NCBI GenBank assembly: GCA_963724325.1
Contig: CAVRUH010000001.1
Span: 320,001 to 384,000, forward strand
Reading direction: 5' to 3'
DNA from: Waddliaceae bacterium
GTDB taxonomy: Bacteria > Chlamydiota > Chlamydiia > Chlamydiales > Waddliaceae
Length of the DNA stretch: 64,000 nucleotides
Position numbers and translations under genes: made by a program. Below the pieces are notes generated by a model that ran no database searches, was not told the DNA's origin, and saw only the letters and a list, made by a program, of their open reading frames with translations. Shown in pieces: positions 47,531 to 56,302 of the stretch; the stretch's first letter is position 1, and every line of letters starts with the position of its first letter.

Positions 47531-48331
47531 CTATGCTCTTTCCACTTTGTTGATTTCTATGGGGATGCCGAGAAAACCTTTGCCCATGGTCTGGAAGCGG
47601 TGTGGATCATCAGAGACGAAAAAACGTTGGAAAGACCTTTGCTCTTGAGTATTGGCCAAATCACTCTTATGGAGAACATGGCGAAGCCGTTGGGCACAGG
47701 CTGAGGCTGAGTTTATTACTTTTTTATCTGGCCCTACCTCTTCCTGTATCAAATTGGCCAATAAAGGATAATGTGTGCAGCCCAGCAAAACTGTATCTAC
47801 ATTGCTTTCGATAATCGGCTTTAAATAGTCTTTTAGAATCATACGTGTGACGGCATGATCGATGAAATTTTCTTCAACCAATGGAACCAATAGAGGGCAG
47901 GCAATGGGCAAAATAATTGCCTCTGGCTTTCTTTTCCAAATTTCTCTCGAATACACCCCCGAATTAATGGTTCCACGGGTTCCTAAAACAGCAATATTTC
48001 CTGTTTTGCTTAATTCAATAGCTTTCTCAACGCCAGGCTCAATGACTCCAATCAAGGGAATTTGAAATTGCTTTCCAAGTTCATCAATAGCGAGAGCTGT
48101 TGCTGTGTTGCAGGCAACTACGATTGCTTTTACGTCGTGAGAAAGTAGAAAATGGGTATTTTCAATAGAATAGCGAATAATGGTTTCAGGACTCTTTTCT
48201 CCGTAGGGAAGCCTTGCGGTATCCCCGAAGTAAATAATGTTCTCCTGGGGCAGCGTATGCATTATTTGTTGCATTACGGTGAGCCCGCCTATTCCTGAAT
48301 CAAAAATGCCGATGGCCTTTGTTTTTGTCAT
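47531..48331 (-). CDS. murI: Glutamate racemase
   Basis: FDSGIGG, VACNTA, LGCTHY. Confidence 0.96.
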   Translation of the reverse strand: MTKTKAIGIFDSGIGGLTVMQQIMHTLPQENIIYFGDTARLPYGEKSPETIIRYSIENTHFLLSHDVKAIVVACNTATALAIDELGKQFQIPLIGVIEPGVEKAIELSKTGNIAVLGTRGTINSGVYSREIWKRKPEAIILPIACPLLVPLVEENFIDHAVTRMILKDYLKPIIESNVDTVLLGCTHYPLLANLIQEEVGPDKKVINSASACAQRLRHVLHKSDLANTQEQRSFQRFFVSDDPHRFQTMGKGFLGIPIEINKVERA

Positions 48332-48933
48332 GGAAGCTTCAAAATTTGGCCGATAACAATTTTTTCGCCTTTCAAGCTATTTAAAGCAATCAGTTCTTTT
48401 ACAGAGGTTTTATTTTTTCGGGCAATTTTTTCTAAAGTGTCACCCGACATAACTGAATATATTTTTGTGCTGGCTGCAAGATTTACTTGCATTGCTTCCA
48501 TGAGGGTTTTTAGTGCACCCTGAAGGGCTTCAGTATTATCTGAAAGCTCGCCGATCTTTTGTTTGTATTGTTTGAGAGCGTTGGCCGATTCATTTTGGTG
48601 TGTTTGAATTTGTTTGATGTCGGCTGTTATAGTTTTTAGGCTGGATTCTAAAGAAAGAATGCGGTTTTCGAGACCCACAGATTGACCTCTTACGGCATCT
48701 TTTTGGGCTTTTGCGGCATCTTGAACTTGGTCGCGCATGGATTCAAGGATTGTCAATGAGTTGTTGAGCTTTTCATCAAAAATTCGAAGTTCAGTCGTGT
48801 GGTTAGAGACCTCCATTTGGAGGTCGTCTACTTTGTCTTGTATGCTATAGGGCTTTTTGGGCACCGCATGGGCATACAGGACTATTCCAAAAGAAAATAG
48901 TAAGATCCAAACAGTTTTCATTCTTAGCGCCAA
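48328..48933 (-). CDS. Coiled-coil protein with a C-terminal LysM domain
   Basis: YSVMSGDTLEKIARKNKTSVKELIALN. Confidence 0.88.
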   Translation of the reverse strand: MALRMKTVWILLFSFGIVLYAHAVPKKPYSIQDKVDDLQMEVSNHTTELRIFDEKLNNSLTILESMRDQVQDAAKAQKDAVRGQSVGLENRILSLESSLKTITADIKQIQTHQNESANALKQYKQKIGELSDNTEALQGALKTLMEAMQVNLAASTKIYSVMSGDTLEKIARKNKTSVKELIALNSLKGEKIVIGQILKLP

Positions 48934-49616
48934 TAAACCTTAAATTCTGCTCGTCTATTTACTGCCCAAGATTCTTCGTCGTGTCCAGGAACAACCGGCC
49001 TTTCTTTACCATAGGATACGGTGAAAAGACGTTGTTGGTCGATGCCATGTTTAATGAGCTGTTCAGTGACAGAATTGCATCTGCGAGAACCTAGAGCAAA
49101 GTTATAGGCTTCTGCACCTCTTTCATCGCAGTGACCTTCGACAAAGACGTATGAGTTTTCATGCGCTTTCATGTAGTCAGCAATTGCACGAACCGTATTC
49201 ATGTTTTCGGTGCCCTTGATCAGACTGCTATTATAGGGGAAGGAAATGTTATTAAAAATTCCTGCTAGTTCCGGCATGTTTTTCGGATCTAGGAAATTTT
49301 CAATGCCAGGAACTGCGCTTCCGGGATCGCCTGGACTAATTTGAGCAGTAGCGCCTTCGGGTATGACTTCGCCGGGGATTGATATAAAATCTGGGTCAGC
49401 AATGGCCACCTCATCGGAGCCATCTTCTTTGCACAAAAAGTCTTCTCTGCGGTGGATGGGGCGTGAGCCATCATTCATTCCCATGAGGCTTTTGATTCCG
49501 TGCTTCATGTGTCTGCTTGCGGTTTTTGTATCGTCCCACACATCTTCTGAGGAGCGGGTGCATCCTGTGAATGTTAGGAGAACAAGCAACAGTGATAATA
49601 TTTTGAAAGTTTTCAT
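48924..49616 (-). CDS. pal: Peptidoglycan-associated lipoprotein
   Basis: Lipobox FTGC; EGHCDERGAEAYNFALG, SYGKERP, NRRAEF. Confidence 0.92.
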   Translation of the reverse strand: MKTFKILSLLLVLLTFTGCTRSSEDVWDDTKTASRHMKHGIKSLMGMNDGSRPIHRREDFLCKEDGSDEVAIADPDFISIPGEVIPEGATAQISPGDPGSAVPGIENFLDPKNMPELAGIFNNISFPYNSSLIKGTENMNTVRAIADYMKAHENSYVFVEGHCDERGAEAYNFALGSRRCNSVTEQLIKHGIDQQRLFTVSYGKERPVVPGHDEESWAVNRRAEFKVYWR

Positions 49617-49682
49617 TTGAACCTCGTCCTTATTTTCATTGGAAATGGATAATAACAGATTTCATAAAATTCATCAAAAAAA

Positions 49683-50951
49683 TTAAGGCATAAAGTTAGG
49701 AAAATGTTTCTCTCCGGTTCCGGAGGAAATTTTAACTGCCTTAGGTTGTTTAAGATTAACAAGATATAACTCGCTGTTATTGGTGCCTGTCGAGTTAAAT
49801 ATCAGGTGCAAGCTGTTGCGGGCCCAGGTTGGATTCTCTTTATTGCCTGGACCTTGGGTTAATTGGGTCTCGGTTTTCTTGGTTACGTCGTAGATCCAGA
49901 TTTGCCTGACTCCCTTTGTTGTGGCGCAAAATGCGATTTTGGTACCATCTGGAGACCATGCGGGGGCTGTGCTTTCTTGGCAAGCTTTTGATATTAATTG
50001 GGGCTTTATATCCTTCAGGGCAGTTTCTGGAGAGGGTATGTTCAGGATATAGATTCTGGGTGCGCCATCTTTGTTGGAAACAAAGGCAATTTTTTTGCCA
50101 TCGGGACTGAATGTGGGAGTGCCTTGTGTTGCTTGACCGCTTGTGAAGATTTTTCTAGGTTTGCCTTGGGGGCCGGTTTCAGGAGAATATGGGAGGATAA
50201 AGAGGTCGGGATTTCCTGTGATGTCGCTTATGAATGCTACTTGATCTCTTTGACGAGATAATGTGGGCATGAATTGGTTGCCGCCTAGATAACTAAGACG
50301 TTTTCCTGCGCCATCTTGGAGGGAAGCAAAGAATATTTTCGGCTGCCCCATTTTGTATGAAACGTAAAAAAAGGCGCCGGGAGCTTTTCCTGGGCTAGGG
50401 GGCATGTAGGCTGGGGTGACGCAGTACCCGCCGTTTTTAGTCACTTGACGTGCGTTGCATCCGTCGTAATCTGCTTCCCAAACTTCTGAGAATGGCTTTC
50501 CGCCTTTCATAGTTTTGACTGTGTATAATACACGCGTTGAGGCAATGCCTTCGATGCCGAATAGTGTTTTTTGGATGGAATCGGCAACTTTGTGGATGAC
50601 ACGACGATCTTCGTTTAGAATCCCGCTTAGGGGGATGTCGCGAGTTGAAGTTCCCCCTTTGCCTGTTTTTGAAGTGACATTGGCATCAAGTTTTTTGTCA
50701 TGAACGCGGACTTCAATGGAGAAAACCCCGTCGGTTGAAAGGGTGCTCATGCCGTTATTGTTCATATCGAAGCGGAAAACTTCTTCTAGTTTTTTGACAT
50801 AGCCATTTTCGAATCCCGATTTTTCTTCTTTGAATGGGGTTAGGGAAATGGGAGTTAATGTGTTTTCAGTCCCTACTTGGACGATAATTTCTTCATCAGC
50901 TTCAAGAATAAAAGGTAAACAAGTCAAAATGACAAAAAGTATATGCATCAT
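49683..50951 (-). CDS. tolB: Tol-Pal beta-propeller protein TolB
   Basis: PD40 repeats (PTFSPDG, PAWSPDG); tol-pal context. Confidence 0.92.
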   Translation of the reverse strand: MMHILFVILTCLPFILEADEEIIVQVGTENTLTPISLTPFKEEKSGFENGYVKKLEEVFRFDMNNNGMSTLSTDGVFSIEVRVHDKKLDANVTSKTGKGGTSTRDIPLSGILNEDRRVIHKVADSIQKTLFGIEGIASTRVLYTVKTMKGGKPFSEVWEADYDGCNARQVTKNGGYCVTPAYMPPSPGKAPGAFFYVSYKMGQPKIFFASLQDGAGKRLSYLGGNQFMPTLSRQRDQVAFISDITGNPDLFILPYSPETGPQGKPRKIFTSGQATQGTPTFSPDGKKIAFVSNKDGAPRIYILNIPSPETALKDIKPQLISKACQESTAPAWSPDGTKIAFCATTKGVRQIWIYDVTKKTETQLTQGPGNKENPTWARNSLHLIFNSTGTNNSELYLVNLKQPKAVKISSGTGEKHFPNFMP

Positions 50952-51062
50952 AATATTTCTTCCGTTATGACCAATATAAAACCTGAAAAGGTAATTATCG
51001 GCAAGGTTTTTTATGTAAAAAGGCGTGTGTTGTAAATGGCTTTGCGGGATGGCGAGGATTTT

Positions 51063-51866
51063 TTATTCATTTTTCAGTGTTATTGAAAATGAGTACTTGT
51101 CTTCTTTGATGAAGGAGTCGAAGCTAGGGAATAATATCTTTGGGAGTGAGTTTTTTACATATTTGCGGTTTTCTTCGCTTTGAGTTGAGAGGACATCGAC
51201 TTTAAGGACTTTGCCAGAATTTGCTAGCATCAACTTGATTTTCACTTCACCATATTCAGGAAGTTTCAGTACATCACGAAGGTGTGAAGCCAATATATCC
51301 TGATAGCACCTTTCTTTTTCAGGGAGGTTTTTAGGGCCATCAAACACTAATTTGTTGATGGTAGGAAGCGATGATGCATTTGATTTAGTCCCTACTTTTG
51401 CGACCATTGCTTGAGCTTTAGCAAGAAGTTCCCGTTTTTTAACATCTTCCTTGGAAATTTGGGGCTTTGCGGGTTGCGTAGCAGGTTTTTTGGGGGCTGG
51501 GGCAGCAACAGGCTTTGCCTCCTTTTTTGGTGCAGGTTTTGAGACTGGCTTTGGAGCAGGCTTTTGTACGGCTTTTTGGGGTTCGGGCTTAGGTTCTGGT
51601 TTCTTTGGAACAGGCGCAGGCTCTGGTTCAGGCTCAATGACTGGCTCGGGTTCCGGTTCGGGTGCGGGGGGTGGAGGCTCTGCTATAGCTACGGGAGGCT
51701 GAGGTAAAGGTTTTGGAGTGGAAAGGGAGACTGTTTTAACGATGAGTTTTTCTTTTGGCTTTTGTGGTGCTGCAAGATTTCCAGACCAAATGCACCAGAC
51801 GACGCCCATTAGATGAAAGGAAATAACTATTAAGCAGATATTTCGAAATGTGTTTTTGTGTGACAT
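51063..51866 (-). CDS. TolA/TonB-like protein
   Basis: N-terminal TM helix with SxHL, a Pro/Glu/Lys-rich linker, and a position between tolR and tolB. Confidence 0.8.
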   Translation of the reverse strand: MSHKNTFRNICLIVISFHLMGVVWCIWSGNLAAPQKPKEKLIVKTVSLSTPKPLPQPPVAIAEPPPPAPEPEPEPVIEPEPEPAPVPKKPEPKPEPQKAVQKPAPKPVSKPAPKKEAKPVAAPAPKKPATQPAKPQISKEDVKKRELLAKAQAMVAKVGTKSNASSLPTINKLVFDGPKNLPEKERCYQDILASHLRDVLKLPEYGEVKIKLMLANSGKVLKVDVLSTQSEENRKYVKNSLPKILFPSFDSFIKEDKYSFSITLKNE

Positions 51867-51873
51867 AGTTTTT

Positions 51874-52299
51874 TTACGACGGTCTTAAAACGATTTCAAG
51901 TTCATCAAAGCCCGCCATTTCAGCGGCATTTTTCACCGATTGATACGTACCAAAATGTGCTTTTTTATCGTGGAATACCTGGGGTTTTGCTTCGGGATAT
52001 TTTCTTCTTTCGAGCTTTAACACCTCTGTTAATTGATTTATTGCAATTCTCCGATTATTCAAATAGATCGTATTATCGGCCTTTACATGAATTGTAATTG
52101 GTCCATTGTCTTTCATAGTAATATTTCGATCATTGGGACTTTGCGATGCTCCGGCTAATTCTATATTATCGACATTCAAAATGGGAGCTATCACAATGAA
52201 AATGATCAAGATAACGAATACTACATCAATGAGGGGCGTAAGGTTCATTACAGGTTCTTCGGCTGCAGAATCTTTAGCACGTTGAAATCGATGTCTCAT
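51874..52299 (-). CDS. tolR: TolR/ExbD family protein
   Basis: NLTPLIDVVFVILIIF. Confidence 0.88.
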   Translation of the reverse strand: MRHRFQRAKDSAAEEPVMNLTPLIDVVFVILIIFIVIAPILNVDNIELAGASQSPNDRNITMKDNGPITIHVKADNTIYLNNRRIAINQLTEVLKLERRKYPEAKPQVFHDKKAHFGTYQSVKNAAEMAGFDELEIVLRPS

Positions 52300-53015
52300 T
52301 GTTTGTCCACTTTGCGATATTGAAGTTCAACTGCAGATAAAATCATAGTGGAGAATCCTTCCATATCTGTTGTCAGGTCGCGAATCGAACTTTTAAGATA
52401 GTTATATGCTATCAAGGCAGGAATCGCTGAAATTAAGCCAAGCACTGTAGTGGTCAAGGCAAGGGAAAGTCCGCCGAGCATTTCTTGGCTGTTTCCACCG
52501 CTTTGATTTTGTAAATCGGAGAATGTGATTAAAATACCCCAAACGGTGCCAAGCAGGCCTAATAGGGGAGCCAGTCCAACAATTGTTGAGAGCAAATAAA
52601 GGTTTTTCTCCAAGCCTTTTGTTTCGTTGGCAATGCTAACCATGAGATGAGATTCGAGGAAATTAATATCATTTGAGGAGAGATATGCTGCTTCTCCCTC
52701 TTGCTTTGATCCAAATTTACGATTTTTGTACAATAAATCAATCGTTTGTTTCTTTAGGACCGTGTAAATTTGGTAAAAGGGATTAGGTTGATTTTTGTTA
52801 ATTTGCCCATCATTTTGTATGTCTAATGGCCTATTTATTTGATTTTGAAAGATTGATTCAAATTCCATTGAGTATTTCTTTGCCCATTTTGTCATTAACA
52901 CCTTGTGTATCAAGGTGATCCAGCAACAAATTGATGTTGCAAAAAGAGCCAAAAATATCAATTTTCCAAGGAAATCTGATGTATTAAAGGCCAAAAAGAA
53001 AGGGTTGTTTTCCAT
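52296..53015 (-). CDS. tolQ: TolQ/ExbB family protein
   Basis: APLLGLLGTVWGI, ALTTTVLGL..AIPA. Confidence 0.88.
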   Translation of the reverse strand: MENNPFFLAFNTSDFLGKLIFLALFATSICCWITLIHKVLMTKWAKKYSMEFESIFQNQINRPLDIQNDGQINKNQPNPFYQIYTVLKKQTIDLLYKNRKFGSKQEGEAAYLSSNDINFLESHLMVSIANETKGLEKNLYLLSTIVGLAPLLGLLGTVWGILITFSDLQNQSGGNSQEMLGGLSLALTTTVLGLISAIPALIAYNYLKSSIRDLTTDMEGFSTMILSAVELQYRKVDKQ

Positions 53016-53087
53016 ATAATTCCTTTACAAAAATTTAACAATTTGGTACAATGTTTATCTAATACTAATGCTAACTGGATACCTTAA

Positions 53088-54815
53088 ATGAATAAATTTG
53101 TCAATAAATGGATGAGCCTCGTGCTCTTTGTAATGATGATAATCACCTCTCAGGTGTTTGCGGCTGATCCGATATCCGCCGAGCTTGTGTACCAAGATGG
53201 TACCATTCAACCTGGGCAGCCAATTAATATAGCCATCCGATTGCACATGGAAGGCACCTGGCATACTTATGCCAATATTCCTGAATATGAAGGCATGGCC
53301 CCTATGGTCAAGTGGACTCTCCCCGATAATTTTATTGCAAGCGACTTAATTTGGCCTGAACCCAAGCCTCTTGGCGAGATCATCGGCTATGAAAAAGAAC
53401 TTATTCTGCATGCGACGATAACACCTCCTGCACATTTATCCGGCGATACTGCTAAAATTTTGGCAAATATTGCGTGGGTTTGTTGTAATGACTCGTTTTG
53501 CGCTCCTCAAACTGCAGCCCTTTCCCTAGTTATTCCACAGAATGGCAGCGTTCAAGATGGATTTTTGCTTACACTTGGCCTGGCTTTTCTTGGTGGATTG
53601 ATTCTAAATCTAATGCCCTGCGTTCTTCCAGTCATTTCCTTTAAGATCCTCAGTTTTGTGAAGATGTCTGGACAGAACAGAAGCCTTATATTGAAGCATG
53701 GATTAGCCTTTTCGGCCGGAGTTATTTTATCGTTTTGGGTCTTAGCCGGCGTCATTTTGGTTCTTAGTGCATATGGTCATTCGGTGGGTTGGGGATTTCA
53801 GTTGCAGGATCCGCTTTTTGTGGCGATTTTAGCGACTATTATCTTCATTTTTAGCTTAAGTCTTTTTGGATTATTTGAGTTAGGTGCAGGCCTTGCTTCA
53901 AGGGCAGGTGCAGCGCAGGGAAAACCGGAAGGTTTGACCTCTTCGTTTATGAGCGGAGTTTTGGCAACGACGATAGCAACTCCTTGCACGGGACCATTTT
54001 TGGGGACTGCTATAGGATTTGCGGTGACTTTATCTGCTCCTTTGGCATTGCTTGTCTTTACATCGATTGGCATGGGCATGGCGCTTCCGTATATGTTGAT
54101 TGGTGCATTTCCAAGCCTTATTCGATTCTTGCCTAAACCAGGAAATTGGATGGTTACCTTTAAAGAAATTTTGGGTTTTGTGATGCTTGCTACGGTTTTG
54201 TGGCTGGTTTGGGTCTTTACGGCACAAACGGATGAAACGTCGCTCATTTACCTTCTTATTGGATTTTTCTTCTTTTCAGTAGGTTCGTGGATCTATGGGA
54301 AGTGGGGATCGCCGATTAATAGCGGCACGGTTCGCCGCATTGGAATTTTGTGTTCTGTGGTATTCATGGGGTTTGGAGGCTATTCCGTTTATCATGCATC
54401 CTCAACGATGCCGAATCAGCCAATTATTGAAGGGGCAGAGGTTGCGATGGCGGATATAAACGAACCACCAACGACATGGATTAATTATTCTCCTAAACAA
54501 TTGGACGAATTTCAGAAGGCTGGGATTCCTGTATTTGTCGATTTTACAGCTAAGTGGTGTCTGATTTGTCAGACCAATCATATTTCTTTGACAACGCCTG
54601 AAGTTGATCGCCAATTTACAGAAAGCGGCATTGTGCGGATGAAGGCCGATTGGACCAAGAAAGATCCTGCCATAGGTGAGGCGCTTCGCAAATTTGGTCG
54701 TAACGGAGTTCCTCTTTACGTTCTTTATGTGCCTGGTGCCGAGCCCTATGTATTTCCACAAATTTTGACACCCGAGACCATCCTAGAACAAATCAGGGAT
54801 ATAAAAAGGACATAG
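53088..54815 (+). CDS. dsbD: Thiol:disulfide interchange protein DsbD family
   Basis: LNLMPCVLP, ATPCTGP, C-terminal thioredoxin domain with WCLIC. Confidence 0.9.
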   Translation: MNKFVNKWMSLVLFVMMIITSQVFAADPISAELVYQDGTIQPGQPINIAIRLHMEGTWHTYANIPEYEGMAPMVKWTLPDNFIASDLIWPEPKPLGEIIGYEKELILHATITPPAHLSGDTAKILANIAWVCCNDSFCAPQTAALSLVIPQNGSVQDGFLLTLGLAFLGGLILNLMPCVLPVISFKILSFVKMSGQNRSLILKHGLAFSAGVILSFWVLAGVILVLSAYGHSVGWGFQLQDPLFVAILATIIFIFSLSLFGLFELGAGLASRAGAAQGKPEGLTSSFMSGVLATTIATPCTGPFLGTAIGFAVTLSAPLALLVFTSIGMGMALPYMLIGAFPSLIRFLPKPGNWMVTFKEILGFVMLATVLWLVWVFTAQTDETSLIYLLIGFFFFSVGSWIYGKWGSPINSGTVRRIGILCSVVFMGFGGYSVYHASSTMPNQPIIEGAEVAMADINEPPTTWINYSPKQLDEFQKAGIPVFVDFTAKWCLICQTNHISLTTPEVDRQFTESGIVRMKADWTKKDPAIGEALRKFGRNGVPLYVLYVPGAEPYVFPQILTPETILEQIRDIKRT

Positions 54816-54865
54816 AGAAACTATAATCCCAAAGTTGGCAGATGCATCGTCCTAAAATATCTTTT

Positions 54866-54950
54866 ACCACAGAGAACATGAGAGAACACAAGAGAGATCA
54901 TTGAGTATAAAATAGCTCTGTGCTACCTCTGTTTTCTTGTGAACTCTGTA
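54866..54950. repeat. Degenerate inverted (CACAGAG/CTCTGTG)-type repeat
   Basis: ACCACAGAGAACATGAGAGAACACAAGAGAG ... CTCTGTGCTACCTCTGTTTTCTTGTGAACTCTGT. Confidence 0.45.
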
Positions 54951-55004
54951 TTAGATTTTTTTTAAATTAATGCATATGTCTACAGTTGTGGCTTTGGCAT
55001 ATTT

Positions 55005-55052
55005 TTTTTTCATCCAAATTGAGTAGTCGACTACTCAATTTGGATGAAAAAA
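55005..55052. repeat. Perfect 48-bp palindrome with no spacer
   Basis: TTTTTTCATCCAAATTGAGTAGTC|GACTACTCAATTTGGATGAAAAAA. Confidence 0.9.
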
Positions 55053-55111
55053 CAAGATTTTTATAGTCAAAATTGATAATATTAGATACGATAAGAAAAA
55101 AAAGTAGAGTT

Positions 55112-56290
55112 ATGTACAAGCGAAAAATTGAAAAAGAACTTTTGGCCGCAGCAAAGTCATATCCGGTTGTTGCTGTCTTGGGGCCTAGGCAAGCAGGAAA
55201 GACAACATCCGTCAAGTCTGCATTTCCACATTATAATTATGTCTTGCTTGAAGAGATAGATATGCGAGAATTTGCTATTTCTGATCCCAAGGGATTTTTA
55301 GAATTTTATAGAAATGATCATGGATTGATCATTGATGAAGCCCAGCATGCACCAGATCTTTTTTCGTATATACAGGGAATTGTAGACAAAGAAAATATTC
55401 CGGGAAGGTTTATCCTCACTGGATCGCAAAATTTTTTATTAAACCAAAAAATTTCTCAAACTCTTGCAGGAAGGACTTGTATTTTAACACTTCTGCCATT
55501 CTCTATCGAGGAGCTAGAACAATATGAACGATTGCCGAAACGGTACGAATCGTTGATTTTTCAAGGATGTTATCCTAGAATCCATTTTCAAGATTTTGAC
55601 CCAAAGAAATGGTACCAGAATTATATTACCACCTTTGTGGAGAAAGACATTAGGCAGATTCATAATATTTTGGATCTTCATTTATTTCAAAAGTTTATTG
55701 CAGTCTGTGCAGGGCGTAGTGGACAACTCATTAATTGGTCGGACATTGCGAGGGATTGTGGAATAACAACAAAAACTGTTCATTCTTGGATTTCTCTTCT
55801 TGAAGCAAGTTATGTTGTTTTTCTTTTGCAGCCTTATTTTGAGAACTTTAATAAGAGACTTGTAAAGTCAGCAAAACTATATTTTTATGATACCGGATTA
55901 GTTTGTTCATTATTGAGAATTCAATCTGAGCATGAGCTGGCTAATCATTATTTAAAAGGTCCTCTTTTCGAGACATTGGTTATTTCAGAAATTATGAAAT
56001 TCTATCTAAATCAGGGGTTGAAACCCAATCTTTATTTCTGGCGTGATAAAGTTGGTCTTGAAGTTGACTGTTTGATTGATCATGGTGTAGATGTTATTCC
56101 AGTAGAAATCAAATCGAGTAGAACCATTAATTCCGATTACTTCAATAGTTTAGTTAAATGGAATCTATTATCTAATAAAAATCCATCCAACTCTTTATTG
56201 ATTTATGGGGGTGAAGAGAATCAGAAACGCACTAATGGGCGTGTCATAGGCTGGTCTCGAATATCTAGAGAATTGACTAATATTTCCTAA
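55112..56290 (+). CDS. AAA+ ATPase (AAA_14 plus DUF4143-type) with a C-terminal PD-(D/E)XK-like motif
   Basis: GPRQAGKTT, IDEAQ, LTGSQ, LAGR, KLYFYDTG, EVDCL...VEIK. Confidence 0.88.
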   Translation: MYKRKIEKELLAAAKSYPVVAVLGPRQAGKTTSVKSAFPHYNYVLLEEIDMREFAISDPKGFLEFYRNDHGLIIDEAQHAPDLFSYIQGIVDKENIPGRFILTGSQNFLLNQKISQTLAGRTCILTLLPFSIEELEQYERLPKRYESLIFQGCYPRIHFQDFDPKKWYQNYITTFVEKDIRQIHNILDLHLFQKFIAVCAGRSGQLINWSDIARDCGITTKTVHSWISLLEASYVVFLLQPYFENFNKRLVKSAKLYFYDTGLVCSLLRIQSEHELANHYLKGPLFETLVISEIMKFYLNQGLKPNLYFWRDKVGLEVDCLIDHGVDVIPVEIKSSRTINSDYFNSLVKWNLLSNKNPSNSLLIYGGEENQKRTNGRVIGWSRISRELTNIS

Positions 56291-56302
56291 ACTAGAATTC
56301 TG

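Noticed and set aside
51440..51710. Pro/Glu/Lys repeats as a novel repeat element
   Set aside because: This is the normal TolA/TonB linker composition.
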